Shown: piece by piece, positions 10,201 to 18,802 of the stretch
Layout: each line of letters begins with the position of its first letter
How positions within the stretch are numbered: position 1 is the stretch's first letter
DNA from: a virus
Taxonomy: Duplodnaviria; Heunggongvirae; Uroviricota; Caudoviricetes
Virus record (IMG/VR): IMGVR_UViG_3300009826_000019
Location: 1-43,940 of that record
DNA: 43,940 nucleotides
Reading direction: 5' to 3' (one strand)
The notes under the pieces: generated by a model
Seen by the model: only the letters and a program-made list of their open reading frames with translations
The model's database searches: none
Told to the model about the DNA's origin: nothing
Program-made: the position numbers and the translations under genes

Positions 10201-12092
10201 CCTATTTTATTCATAGCAAACAATGCAGCGGTTTTTCCCATTAGTGTATCTGTTTCACCCAAATCTCTAATTAAAAGTGGAATTGCGGTTTTAGTTGGGG
10301 AATCATCTGTTTCCGCGTCAGGATTAAAATGCAATCTATTTCGATAATCCTCACGAAACGCACCTATGTTTCTCATTCCATCTTCTCGTCTTTCTTTCCG
10401 TGTAGTACGTTTTCGATAATCCTTCCACATTTGTTTTTCAGTTCTCTCCTGTGCTCTTTCATCATCCCTTTCTCTTTTTCGATTATCTCTATCTCTTTTT
10501 CGATTATCTCTTCTATCTCGCCTTTTTTGTCTTCTTGTTTTACCGTCAGGTTCTACAACATCTAATTCAGCATCTATCCCCTCATTATTTTTATTAGACT
10601 CACCCCACGTTATTGTATTGTATTTATACGCAATATCATCAACAAGAACAAAATTATTTAGTTTATTATCTATATCAAAACTCTCTTCAGCAACCGTGGG
10701 TAATCCCAAATTTCCTTTATGATTAAGATATGGGTTGTTCGGAAATAACATGGTATAACCCTTGTTTTCCAACTCTATACCACGCCTATTTTCCCTTCTT
10801 GCGCTTTTCTTTGTATATCCCGGCGAATATTTGTTCATTTCAAGAAGAGCAAATATCATCCTGGCGTTCATTGCACCTGTCCAATCTAAAAGATTATCTT
10901 GTTGCAAACGCCTATACTCCCACTCATTAACAACTTCGCGTTTTCTACCCTCTTTACCAGCAAATATTCTTTGAAATAAATTTTTTTCCTTACCGTCAGC
11001 ATATTGTCTCCCAGACATTCCTTTGGGATCAAGAAACATTTCAAAATCAGGACCACTATTACTTGTAGTATCTGCCAATAAATCATTATCAAGTTGAACA
11101 TATTTTCCATCATTTCCCGTAGTCGCCGTCTGTGACCAATTATTTCCTTGTAATAGAAAATCTAACCCCAAACCACCGGCAGCCATATTTAATCCACGAT
11201 TTAATCCGGTAGCATTTAGAATATCATCCATAACTCCGGGTGGGTTTGTAATTCGTGAAGCACCAAATGCGTTCAAATCAAATTCAGACCCCTCGCCACC
11301 AAATAATCTTCCGACCGTGTTATTAACAATCCACCTACTTGTTTCTTGAATTGCCCCCGACACAAACCGACCTGTTTTTGCCATCATTTGGTTTGCCATT
11401 GAAACAGCCGCCGCACGTAAACCGAAATGACCAAGTGGAGTTTCCATTCCACTTGCTTGTGAAAAAATTCTTCCGGCTAATGTTTGTTGTATATCAAAAT
11501 CCGTAACAACCCTAACACCATTTTCATAAGGGTTTATTGCTAAACCAACCCCATCACCGCGAACAATTGCCGCCATTACATTAGTTGGTGAAGAACTTCG
11601 GTTTGAAGGATCGCCAATAGAAGTTGGTGTGTTTTTACCAAATATTCTGTTAGTATAAGAAATATAATTGTCAAATTGACTTCGTAATCTGTAAGGACTG
11701 TTTTCAGTTTCCCCACGCAAAATTCTTAAATCATCAGAAGGTTTATCTATTTGTGAATAAATATCGGGTGTTCTTTCAGATTCAACAGTAGAACTACGTG
11801 GTCTATCCCATTGTCTCCAATAACTTTCATTCCTTCTAATATAACCACTATATCCGTCTGTTAATTCAAATCTTGCTGCTTTATCTAATTTTTGTAAACG
11901 ATCAAAAGTTTCCCCCTTTGTATATTCAAGAATTTCGGGGCGATATTCCGTCAATCGTGGCTCTTCGTCAATAGGTGTATTAAAAGAATACTGAATAGGG
12001 GTTTCCCCACTATCATAATTACTATTTATTTTCATTGATAAAATAGTGTTTCTGATAATTGGAGATACAATATGAAGTTTTAATCCTGCCAT
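7275..12092 (-). CDS. Large structural (tail-tube-initiator/baseplate-like) protein with internal OmpA-like domain
   Basis: The track ORF starts at 12167; the likely start is ATG 12092 (MAGLKLH). OmpA_C-like IQILGNASKDG...NKKLGRYRAVSL...FRHAHVII at ~8290-8560. Tube-protein-like segments (FIGRGEPLYSF; PPVCILKIGDF...PMYVDVTL). Confidence 0.6.
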   Translation of the reverse strand: MAGLKLHIVSPIIRNTILSMKINSNYDSGETPIQYSFNTPIDEEPRLTEYRPEILEYTKGETFDRLQKLDKAARFELTDGYSGYIRRNESYWRQWDRPRSSTVESERTPDIYSQIDKPSDDLRILRGETENSPYRLRSQFDNYISYTNRIFGKNTPTSIGDPSNRSSSPTNVMAAIVRGDGVGLAINPYENGVRVVTDFDIQQTLAGRIFSQASGMETPLGHFGLRAAAVSMANQMMAKTGRFVSGAIQETSRWIVNNTVGRLFGGEGSEFDLNAFGASRITNPPGVMDDILNATGLNRGLNMAAGGLGLDFLLQGNNWSQTATTGNDGKYVQLDNDLLADTTSNSGPDFEMFLDPKGMSGRQYADGKEKNLFQRIFAGKEGRKREVVNEWEYRRLQQDNLLDWTGAMNARMIFALLEMNKYSPGYTKKSARRENRRGIELENKGYTMLFPNNPYLNHKGNLGLPTVAEESFDIDNKLNNFVLVDDIAYKYNTITWGESNKNNEGIDAELDVVEPDGKTRRQKRRDRRDNRKRDRDNRKRERDDERAQERTEKQMWKDYRKRTTRKERREDGMRNIGAFREDYRNRLHFNPDAETDDSPTKTAIPLLIRDLGETDTLMGKTAALFAMNKIGTMVSRFHKSEEKPSFIQTGVHPVFGMSKGRPLANKNGYIRTTEEVYTDPWCRVWTAETQHRTVLNAIRPFLTFDNNDPGNVGCVMTMEEIHGTMDFIRPFYKQFAKYTSLQNNGLPKIAPYRGDFDGTYNDKWEGEKKDRYKYNRKYMFSIENLAWKGLELENLLCKSQIGPNGGRIYWFSPLNLKFDEKSTARVEGVSFIGRGEPLYSFRGNTTREGQLSFSMIVDHSSFHEFMEGRTAKNNNSVEEEFRQSVLRFDAGCEFPFERKESKGCVQIMTQDTISTMVDIVPPVNRDIEPPKTIDLVTVYFPNDFSGVNWHVYTNETPDIKALVQLANSGGKKTMDYLYVGGGSLPSGEDPAGIDGSVYGNGYEMGRVGTDALRRTLSNVEIPVNDGGTYTMREWREFSGGKSAKGLSYKHKHGVDSFTVAPKNWQNKDYNLTNLISDFITNMHVTDKIEFYDKKGGTKLTPSTKTTVLPRIRYGNCMTNWDIGNFQLNATKSQKDRLSFGAFYEICIGQGQAVHTSPAHDNSEIEEDYKTKENLIKLFNSAETIQILGNASKDGTASDNKKLGRYRAVSLALFIIETLGVGEGGLNIHGEGAPVWEIKDEVLTDQATNELGIASSENSKKFRHAHVIIKTKQTGGEELHPKQTQTTVDTETNVSEYTLSRKGRYDEEMDFYEYVGDMSETATDVTWTNFRDRYNKYIPALWSCTPEGFNGRLTFLHQCLRSGPTNVRGENSGGVNNISNLAFGRPPVCILKIGDFIQSKVFIDNISFNYDKEGIKWDLNPEGIGIQPMYVDVTLNIKYMGGQDITGAIARLQNAVSFNYYANTSVYDDRADGNTIDDKGDIVPDMSRKRGLHYENGKRTTTKTRQLETMSMYGGSTQNDIGEEEINNLNGGGLFNVFTYKNGEADCPSDTNLDSIKLDSTTEEHEVLPNRRILPQEDLITHPVFTPEFNFSLSNPSPEQNPNDNH

Positions 12093-12110
12093 TATTTTCT
12101 TTTTATATTC

Positions 12111-12118
12111 TATAAATA
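12111..12118 (-). promoter_or_regulatory. TATTTATA, candidate late-promoter box
   Basis: Plus-strand TATAAATA about 19 nt upstream of ATG 12092 on the minus strand. Confidence 0.3.
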
Positions 12119-12154
12119 TAAAAAAAATCAATTTATTTTCAATGAAAAGGATAT

Positions 12155-12186
12155 AAAAAACCCACACCTGTTTTAGATGTGGGTTT
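12155..12186 (-). terminator. Intrinsic terminator
   Basis: AAACCCACA/TGTGGGTTT stem followed by a U-run on the minus strand, just downstream of the lipoprotein gene. Confidence 0.7.
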
Positions 12187-12200
12187 AGTAATTTTGTGGG

Positions 12201-13166
12201 TTATCTTTTACACCCCAACAAAGGTGTTGTAATATCATTCGGATCATTTATATTACCACCAAATTGTTTTGGACCAGCAAAGTAATAGTTTTGACCTTGA
12301 TTAACATTATTTCTGTTTTCAATAACTGTTCTTCCGTCTTCTGCAAAATATTGATATGGTGCTGTTATATCATCCCAATCCAATATCTCGAATATTAGTG
12401 AGGTTTGTTTTCTCAACCACGCTGTTGGGAGAAATGGGTCTGCAATTCCGTAGTACACCCAAGTATCGAAACGCCTTTCATATAAGTTGTTAGCAATTCT
12501 TACCAACGTTTTACCGTCTCTTGTGAAAAGGTGATAATCCACACCCTCTTTACCTTCACGTGTAATGCGCTCAACTTCTGAACCCCGAAGTGGTAATGTA
12601 GCATTTCCTGCACCTTGTAAATACTGCGCCGGCATACTTGCTATCAAAAGCCCGTCACGAATTTCAAACTCAAATAGGTGGTCTGTGCCATTACCTGTTA
12701 TAAAATACATTGTACCTCTGTATGTGTGAGAACCCGCGTCTTGTAATACTGTTCTTTCGTCAGTGTGAACTCTTATTGTGTTACGTGTACAATTAACAAA
12801 CACCGGATTATATGTCATAGAAATACCTGACGTTTGTAGGTGTGTTTTCCCATTCGCAATTGTAATAACGTCATTGTTATTAACTATTAGAATATCAGCA
12901 ATGTTCAATGTTATATCAGAAAAGAATTGATATGTTGTGCCACCATCCATAATGTTCTCCGCAGAACCCAATACACCCACGAAACGCATATTCCAACCAC
13001 GACCAATAAAATATTTATATCTTACATTTGTGCTTTTTTGTACTTCTTTTTCTTGTTCGGTAAGTCCACCACCATCCCACGCCCAAAGGTCATTCAACTT
13101 ATCACAACCGGTTGTAATCAAAAATGTTATTCCCAATAACATTCCAACTAATATTTTCTTAATCAT
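12201..13166 (-). CDS. Lipoprotein of unknown function
   Basis: MIKK + hydrophobic stretch + lipobox ITTG|C, followed by acidic DKLND. Confidence 0.75.
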   Translation of the reverse strand: MIKKILVGMLLGITFLITTGCDKLNDLWAWDGGGLTEQEKEVQKSTNVRYKYFIGRGWNMRFVGVLGSAENIMDGGTTYQFFSDITLNIADILIVNNNDVITIANGKTHLQTSGISMTYNPVFVNCTRNTIRVHTDERTVLQDAGSHTYRGTMYFITGNGTDHLFEFEIRDGLLIASMPAQYLQGAGNATLPLRGSEVERITREGKEGVDYHLFTRDGKTLVRIANNLYERRFDTWVYYGIADPFLPTAWLRKQTSLIFEILDWDDITAPYQYFAEDGRTVIENRNNVNQGQNYYFAGPKQFGGNINDPNDITTPLLGCKR

Positions 13167-13205
13167 ATTCTTTAAAATTTATTATGTTTGTACTAATTTT
13201 TATAT

Positions 13206-13245
13206 TTATACTTCCTAATATAAATACAACAAATTAATCCGATGT
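13206..13245 (-). promoter_or_regulatory. ATCG-N17-TATATT element (outlier copy)
   Basis: Minus strand reads ACATCG GATTAATTTGTTGTATT TATATT AGGAAG TATAA. Confidence 0.75.
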
Positions 13246-13565
13246 TATTTGTCTTTGGGTTTTAAAAACTTCTTCTTTCTATTTTTCAAATAGAATTTCA
13301 GATCAACTTCATCAAGCACGGGTTCGGGGGCATATCCGTCTTCAATATATTGAAGGGAAGTACACTCTCTTGCGGCGTTTGCACCACATTCCAATAACAT
13401 GTTTGCAACAGCCAAATCATTAACAAAATCACTGTCATTGAAAACTATTTTGTCACAATTTGTTGCTCTATGGGTGTTTGCGGTGGCAAGTTCCGCACCT
13501 ATTTTCAACAACTGTTTCACCATTTTAGGTGTGAAACGTTTTTTAGATAATACTTTCATTAACAT
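13245..13565 (-). CDS. Hypothetical protein
   Basis: ORF starts 1 nt after the upstream gene's stop on the same strand. Confidence 0.7.
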   Translation of the reverse strand: MLMKVLSKKRFTPKMVKQLLKIGAELATANTHRATNCDKIVFNDSDFVNDLAVANMLLECGANAARECTSLQYIEDGYAPEPVLDEVDLKFYLKNRKKKFLKPKDK

Positions 13566-13566
13566 T

Positions 13567-14259
13567 TTATTCCGGTTTTAGTTTTTTATAAATTACAACA
13601 TTTCTCTGATGGGAAGAGATTCCCAAATCCAATTTATTGACAATCTCAATAATATTATTCTCCCTCATATGTTTCTTTGTGAAAATTTGGGTTTGTGGCA
13701 TACAACAGGGGTTGGTGTACAAAAATTTCCAATTCGGAAATTGTTTATCCACCTCATCGAGTTTGACGTGGGCGTGAACCAATGCAATATTATATGGTTT
13801 ATTCTGAAAATTACCCTTAACATCGTTTCGGTGAACACTTGTTTCGTTTATAAAGCGTAACAAGTTCTCTTCGGTAAGGTTTTCAAACTTACACTGCTCA
13901 ATCATTATGTTCTTCACATCATATGTGGTACTCCAATCGAAAAACTTATTAACGTTTATCATTGGGTCAATCGAAATGTTCAACGTCTTACTGAAAAACG
14001 CAAACACCGCCGCTGTTCTTGTGTAACCACCGTCTCCAATGTGTAACCAATTAAAGTTGTTTATAATACACACCTTTTTCATATTGGAAAACACAGCGTA
14101 ACTCTCGGAAATCTCCTTTGAAGGATAATCCGCATCCTTAAATCGCCACCACAATTCCTCGAAGGAATCTGAACGCAAAACCTTGTCAATATATCTACTG
14201 TGAGGTAGATTTACAATAGCGGTTTGACTATTGTAACATACATTATTATTCTTTGTCAT
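13567..14259 (-). CDS. Putative class I SAM-dependent methyltransferase-like protein
   Basis: Motif-I-like WLHIGDGG, acidic SIDP after the next strand, VHAHV, and a PCC motif. Confidence 0.5.
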   Translation of the reverse strand: MTKNNNVCYNSQTAIVNLPHSRYIDKVLRSDSFEELWWRFKDADYPSKEISESYAVFSNMKKVCIINNFNWLHIGDGGYTRTAAVFAFFSKTLNISIDPMINVNKFFDWSTTYDVKNIMIEQCKFENLTEENLLRFINETSVHRNDVKGNFQNKPYNIALVHAHVKLDEVDKQFPNWKFLYTNPCCMPQTQIFTKKHMRENNIIEIVNKLDLGISSHQRNVVIYKKLKPE

Positions 14260-14266
14260 ATTCTTA

Positions 14267-14295
14267 AATATATCTTAATGTTATTTATCCGATGC
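14267..14295 (-). promoter_or_regulatory. ATCG-N17-TATATT element (outlier copy)
   Basis: Minus strand reads GCATCG GATAAATAACATTAAGA TATATT, ending 7 nt before ATG 14259. Confidence 0.7.
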
Positions 14296-14305
14296 TGATA
14301 CAACA

Positions 14306-14337
14306 TTTGGTTATGTTCTTACTATGTTGTATATTTG
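14306..14337 (+). promoter_or_regulatory. Bacteroidota housekeeping-type promoter (-33 TTTG / -7 TAnnTTTG)
   Basis: TTTG(14306-09)-N20-TATATTTG(14330-37), 29 nt upstream of ATG 14367 at the strand switch. Confidence 0.6.
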
Positions 14338-14366
14338 ACTTAAATTAACAATTAAATTTTTATAAA

Positions 14367-14690
14367 ATGAAGAATTTCAGTAATTATATTAAATTAGCGG
14401 TAATTGTAATATTTGTTAGTGGACTTGTAGCGGCGGTTAGTGTTAGTCAAGAAAATAAATCCAAAACACCGAAGCAAGAAATAACTGATAAGTGGGAGTA
14501 CTCAACACACCAAATAACGGGTGTGTTCAATTGCAGCAATTATGCTTCACATGTGTATGAGAACTTTATCGAAGACCTCAATAGAAAACTCAAAACTTGG
14601 GGTGAAGAAGGTTGGGAGTTGGTATCGTTTACCAAAACAGGTGAAGATAAATATTATTTAGTAATCTTAAAACGAAAGAAAAATGAGTGA
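14367..14690 (+). CDS. DUF4177-like protein with N-terminal signal/TM
   Basis: WEY...LKTWGEEGWELVSF...LKRKK signature. Confidence 0.7.
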   Translation: MKNFSNYIKLAVIVIFVSGLVAAVSVSQENKSKTPKQEITDKWEYSTHQITGVFNCSNYASHVYENFIEDLNRKLKTWGEEGWELVSFTKTGEDKYYLVILKRKKNE

Positions 14691-15660
14691 ACCAAAAACA
14701 ATGCTTGAACGTTTGACGTTTGACGAACTAACAAAACTTACGTTGGGAGAACGTATGAAGTGGTACGAATACCAAACACGCACATCAATCGATCCTACAC
14801 ATTATATCATAATAAGGGTTGACGGAAAGGCGTTCCACACATATACCAAAAATATGCAAAAACCGTGGGATCAAGGTATCATAAATAATATGATTGATAC
14901 TACCAAGTATTTGTGTGAACATGTTCCGGGTTGTGTTTTTGGATATACACAGTCTGACGAAATATCTTTATTATTAGCACCATCAAACACACCTGGTTGG
15001 CAACCATATTTTAATGGGCAAGTACAAAAGATTGTATCAGTAGTTGCAAGTATGGCGGCAGCGAAGTTTTTTCAGTGTCGTCTATTCACCGAATATAACG
15101 AAATGAAAAACAAAGAGGTGTTTTTCAACGAAACATTTGAATATTTTGAAAAACCTGAACTTGCCCACTTTGACGCACGTGTGTTCAGTATGGATTGTAA
15201 AGACGAAGTCGTAAGATATTTTATGTGGCGACAAAGAGACGCTATACGAAACAGTGTTCAAGCATTAGCACAACACATGTTTAAGAAACAAGGTCAAAAG
15301 TTTATTAACAAGAAAAACACAGACGAACTTAAACAAATGTTGAAAGAAGCGTATGTAAATGAACTAAGCCAACTCGGCGATTGGGACACCGTTGAAATTT
15401 ACAAACAACGAGGAACCGGTATTCGCAAACGAATTGGGTTGTGGAGACGCAAACAAGACGTTGAAGTTGACGCTATGGGTTGTAAATTCCACATGGATTA
15501 TGTTGGTACTTTTATCGAAGATGTTACTGATTTTGGTGGTGAAAGTTATTGCGATAAAATAATGAAAGCAAATGGTTTTTATGTGCGCAAAAAGTGGAAA
15601 CCCGATTTTGAAATTCCAATATTTGAAGATAATTGGGATTATATTCAAAAATTACTATGA
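14683..15660 (+). CDS. thg1: tRNA(His) guanylyltransferase Thg1-like 3'-5' polymerase
   Basis: IIRVDGKAFH, GYTQSDEISL, FDARV, WRQRDAIRNS motifs. Confidence 0.93.
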   Translation: MSEPKTMLERLTFDELTKLTLGERMKWYEYQTRTSIDPTHYIIIRVDGKAFHTYTKNMQKPWDQGIINNMIDTTKYLCEHVPGCVFGYTQSDEISLLLAPSNTPGWQPYFNGQVQKIVSVVASMAAAKFFQCRLFTEYNEMKNKEVFFNETFEYFEKPELAHFDARVFSMDCKDEVVRYFMWRQRDAIRNSVQALAQHMFKKQGQKFINKKNTDELKQMLKEAYVNELSQLGDWDTVEIYKQRGTGIRKRIGLWRRKQDVEVDAMGCKFHMDYVGTFIEDVTDFGGESYCDKIMKANGFYVRKKWKPDFEIPIFEDNWDYIQKLL

Positions 15661-15706
15661 AACAAATAATACACAGAAACAATAAAAATTTTAATATTAA
15701 TAAGTT

Positions 15707-16372
15707 ATGACACCTAAAATGAATAAAACAAAAAACTTGGAACAACATGTAGTTGACAAAATAACGGAAGTTATCAATGTAGATACTATTGATAATGTTA
15801 TTCAGAATTACATTGTTGAACCACACCTCGAAAACAGAAAGATGTTGGATTTTCACGAATATTACTTCAAAATACTTGAAAATGATAAATATTGTCTCAA
15901 AAAAAGTGGTTTTTTCAAAGAATTTGTGACAAAATATGGTCTAAAAGGTCTTGATAAACAATATCTAAAAGAACTTGAAAGTGACAAACACGTAACATTA
16001 CAGTACTTTATGATTAGTAATCTTGATATTCTATTCAGAATATATTTTGTCAAATTCAACGGCAGTATATTAGAAAACATTCTATTCACCAAAATACTCC
16101 ACACATTCAGACCCGACGAATATACCATATTAGATAACAATATCAGATGCTATTTTAATCTCGAAAATTACGATATATTAACAGCATCTACTATTGTTAC
16201 ACACGGATATAATATATGGGGAACAACCAACCACAATCTTATATTAAAGATTTTTGAGACAATCCAAGCACACGAAAACGGTAAAGTGTTCCCAATAGAA
16301 AAAATAACATATCCCAAATTGCTCGATATGATATTTTATAGTCTGACAAAAAAGGAAAGATCGGATAAATAA
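15707..16372 (+). CDS. Hypothetical protein
   Basis: 221-aa ORF on the operon strand. Confidence 0.7.
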   Translation: MTPKMNKTKNLEQHVVDKITEVINVDTIDNVIQNYIVEPHLENRKMLDFHEYYFKILENDKYCLKKSGFFKEFVTKYGLKGLDKQYLKELESDKHVTLQYFMISNLDILFRIYFVKFNGSILENILFTKILHTFRPDEYTILDNNIRCYFNLENYDILTASTIVTHGYNIWGTTNHNLILKIFETIQAHENGKVFPIEKITYPKLLDMIFYSLTKKERSDK

Positions 16373-16386
16373 AGTATCTTTATACT
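16358..16386 (+). promoter_or_regulatory. ATCG-N17-TATACT element (outlier copy)
   Basis: AGATCG GATAAATAAAGTATCTT TATACT; overlaps the stop of the 15707 gene. Confidence 0.55.
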
Positions 16387-16403
16387 ACCAACCAAAAACA
16401 AAA

Positions 16404-16592
16404 ATGATAATGGTAACAAAGGAAAATATAGTAAAATTGCTTCAATTAGGGGCGGAAATACAACGGACATATCAATACATTGGATATTATGGTCCCGCTA
16501 GTGAATGTATTTTTTCTGACGACGCTGAAATTGATAAACAAATCGAAAAAGAAGCCGAAGAATGGTTAGTATCTTTCAATAAAAATTTGTAA
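16404..16592 (+). CDS. Hypothetical protein
   Basis: ORF on the operon strand with an A-rich leader. Confidence 0.65.
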   Translation: MIMVTKENIVKLLQLGAEIQRTYQYIGYYGPASECIFSDDAEIDKQIEKEAEEWLVSFNKNL

Positions 16593-16603
16593 ATTAGTGG
16601 AAT

Positions 16604-17359
16604 ATGTTTAATATCATTAAAAATAAAATTGTAAATGCTATGGGAAATTATTCACAGGTAATTGTAAATAATAAAAGCGTAATTTCACAAGTTAATATCG
16701 GTGGTAACGTAGTTATTGGTAATAATTTGGTGGTGAGTGGTGATCTTATCGGCAGCGGCGGTATTTCCAATAACTTTATAAAAGGTAATGGGAATGTTAT
16801 TACAGACCAATTCTTTGAAAGAATCCCCTTTAATAAAGTTGATATTATCAGCGGCGCAGATGTTTATTATAGTAAGGGCGAAGACTACAAAGTTACCGCT
16901 CAAACAGATTCCAATCTTATGGAATTTCTTGATATACGAATAAATGGTGACAAAATAATCGTTAAACTCAAAGACGGTTCATACTCTTTCACCACATTGA
17001 AAGTGTATATCACCGCACCATATATTACAAATATCATGATAAAGGGTAGTGGAGATTTTATTGGTGAAAACCTTGACCACCCAAACCTCGATGTAAATAT
17101 ATTTGGTTCAGGTGATACAACACTTACCGGCACAGCAAGTAACCTCAATGTTAAAATAAAGGGTAGTGGAAATTTCAACGGAAAAGAATTTTTGGTTAGT
17201 AGAGCAAATGTTGACGTATTCGGTTCAGGAAATGTAAAAATACGTGTTACAGACGATTTACAAGCAAAAATAAATGGGTCGGGTGACTTGAAGTATTGGG
17301 GAAACCCAACAAATGTAAATACAAATGTATTCGGTTCAGGAAAAGTTAAAAAGAAATAA
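16604..17359 (+). CDS. GIN-domain (DUF2807, autotransporter-adhesin-like beta-helix) protein
   Basis: Repeated [IV]xGSG[DN] beta-helix turns and the C-terminal GSGDLKYWGNP motif typical of Bacteroidota head-GIN proteins. Confidence 0.85.
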   Translation: MFNIIKNKIVNAMGNYSQVIVNNKSVISQVNIGGNVVIGNNLVVSGDLIGSGGISNNFIKGNGNVITDQFFERIPFNKVDIISGADVYYSKGEDYKVTAQTDSNLMEFLDIRINGDKIIVKLKDGSYSFTTLKVYITAPYITNIMIKGSGDFIGENLDHPNLDVNIFGSGDTTLTGTASNLNVKIKGSGNFNGKEFLVSRANVDVFGSGNVKIRVTDDLQAKINGSGDLKYWGNPTNVNTNVFGSGKVKKK

Positions 17360-17383
17360 TAATCTTGTAAAAAAATTAAACTT

Positions 17384-17575
17384 ATGTTTATAACAGATGC
17401 TACCTTTATGGGACAAGACGGGTCCATGGGATACCGTAATAGTCGAAACTATCGAATTATAGTGGATAGAAATACAATATATTGTATGACACCCGAACAA
17501 TTTAATATACCGGGTACAGGTAAATGTGTGTACCAATCAGTTGAATCATTCTTAAAAAATTGGAAAGTATGTTAG
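17384..17575 (+). CDS. Hypothetical protein
   Basis: ORF on the operon strand. Confidence 0.65.
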   Translation: MFITDATFMGQDGSMGYRNSRNYRIIVDRNTIYCMTPEQFNIPGTGKCVYQSVESFLKNWKVC

Positions 17576-17934
17576 ATATAGTAAAAAAAATAAACAACAA
17601 TTATAGAATTGTTAAAAGAGATTTTCGTTCTATCGCACACGAAACAAATACAGATAGAGACGATGTGTTAAAAACATTGGGCAACGGTCTTTGTATAGCA
17701 GATATTGGGTCAATGTATTTCATACAAAGACGGGTATATTGCCTTAAGAATCTTTTTAAATCCATAAAATCGTTTTTTATTCCTGTTTGGGAGGATATAT
17801 CATATTATGACTACGGTTTTGATAAATACGAAGACGCACAAAGATGTTTTTTCAAAGTTGTTAATATGGATATGAACCTGAGTGTAGATATCGTTGTTCC
17901 CTACAACTTGATAGAGGAAGAAGCAGATAAATAA
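17560..17934 (+). CDS. Hypothetical protein
   Basis: ORF on the operon strand. Confidence 0.65.
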   Translation: MESMLDIVKKINNNYRIVKRDFRSIAHETNTDRDDVLKTLGNGLCIADIGSMYFIQRRVYCLKNLFKSIKSFFIPVWEDISYYDYGFDKYEDAQRCFFKVVNMDMNLSVDIVVPYNLIEEEADK

Positions 17935-17962
17935 CATCGGAATAATATCTTACCCTTATATT
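17934..17962 (+). promoter_or_regulatory. ATCG-N17-TATATT element (outlier copy)
   Basis: ACATCG GAATAATATCTTACCCT TATATT; its first A is the last base of the upstream TAA. Confidence 0.75.
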
Positions 17963-17981
17963 GTAAGAAAAATTAAACAAA

Positions 17982-18797
17982 ATGATTTACAAAGAAAGTC
18001 AAGTAAGATTAATTGAGGATTTACCAATGCGGGAAAATCGTGCCGCATATCTCGCCGAAAATGCCGGAGGTATGTGGAACACAAAGATTTCTCGCAGAGA
18101 TTGGCACACCTGTCCTGAACGTAATCCATGGTCATTGGCAAAATTTTTACTCAAAAAATATACGGGTAAAAGTTATGACAAAATGTTTTCCGAATGGAGT
18201 AGCAGAGTTCGCCATAACGACCTACTTAGGGAATATAAGTGGATTCTTGTAAAAGGTAATATCCAAAAATATCATAACTCATATTATGTAAATGATATGG
18301 GGATTGTTAAAAAGGAAAAAAAGAAAAAATCCAAATACAAAAGAACAGGATTTCCCAAAACCTTTTACAGTGACGATTACAAATGTGCTCATAGAGTTAA
18401 ACCGGAGTTCAAACACCTAATCGGGAAAATTAGTACAATCAGAAAGTTCTACTCTCCCCAAACAGGTAAAATGTGGGAAGAACCCGTATATTTAGAACCT
18501 GAATACGGAAGTAATTGGTGGATTATACCCGAACCTTTCAAACAATATGTTGAAAAGGTTACAGTCGAAGGTTTCTCACAAACGTTTGAAAGATCGTGTC
18601 CCGAATATCAAAAACTTTGGTATGAAAGAGATTACGAAAGACGTAGAAGTAAGAAAGAAAAGAAAAAAGCACAAAAAGAAAAGGTGTATGTGTTCAAACA
18701 CAAAAAACCCGAAGAGGTTGTAAAACCACTATACGATAAAAGTATATTAGAAGCAATGAAAGGATTAAATGAAGTAATGACAAACCAACAAAGTTAA
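17982..18797 (+). CDS. Basic hypothetical protein
   Basis: 271-aa K/R-rich ORF directly downstream of the element. Confidence 0.75.
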   Translation: MIYKESQVRLIEDLPMRENRAAYLAENAGGMWNTKISRRDWHTCPERNPWSLAKFLLKKYTGKSYDKMFSEWSSRVRHNDLLREYKWILVKGNIQKYHNSYYVNDMGIVKKEKKKKSKYKRTGFPKTFYSDDYKCAHRVKPEFKHLIGKISTIRKFYSPQTGKMWEEPVYLEPEYGSNWWIIPEPFKQYVEKVTVEGFSQTFERSCPEYQKLWYERDYERRRSKKEKKKAQKEKVYVFKHKKPEEVVKPLYDKSILEAMKGLNEVMTNQQS

Positions 18798-18802
18798 TAG
18801 TT

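Noticed and set aside
13245-16592. Paralogy between 13245-13565 and 16404-16592 (KQLLKIGAEL vs KLLQLGAEI)
   Set aside because: Similarity is limited to about 10 residues; needs a profile comparison.
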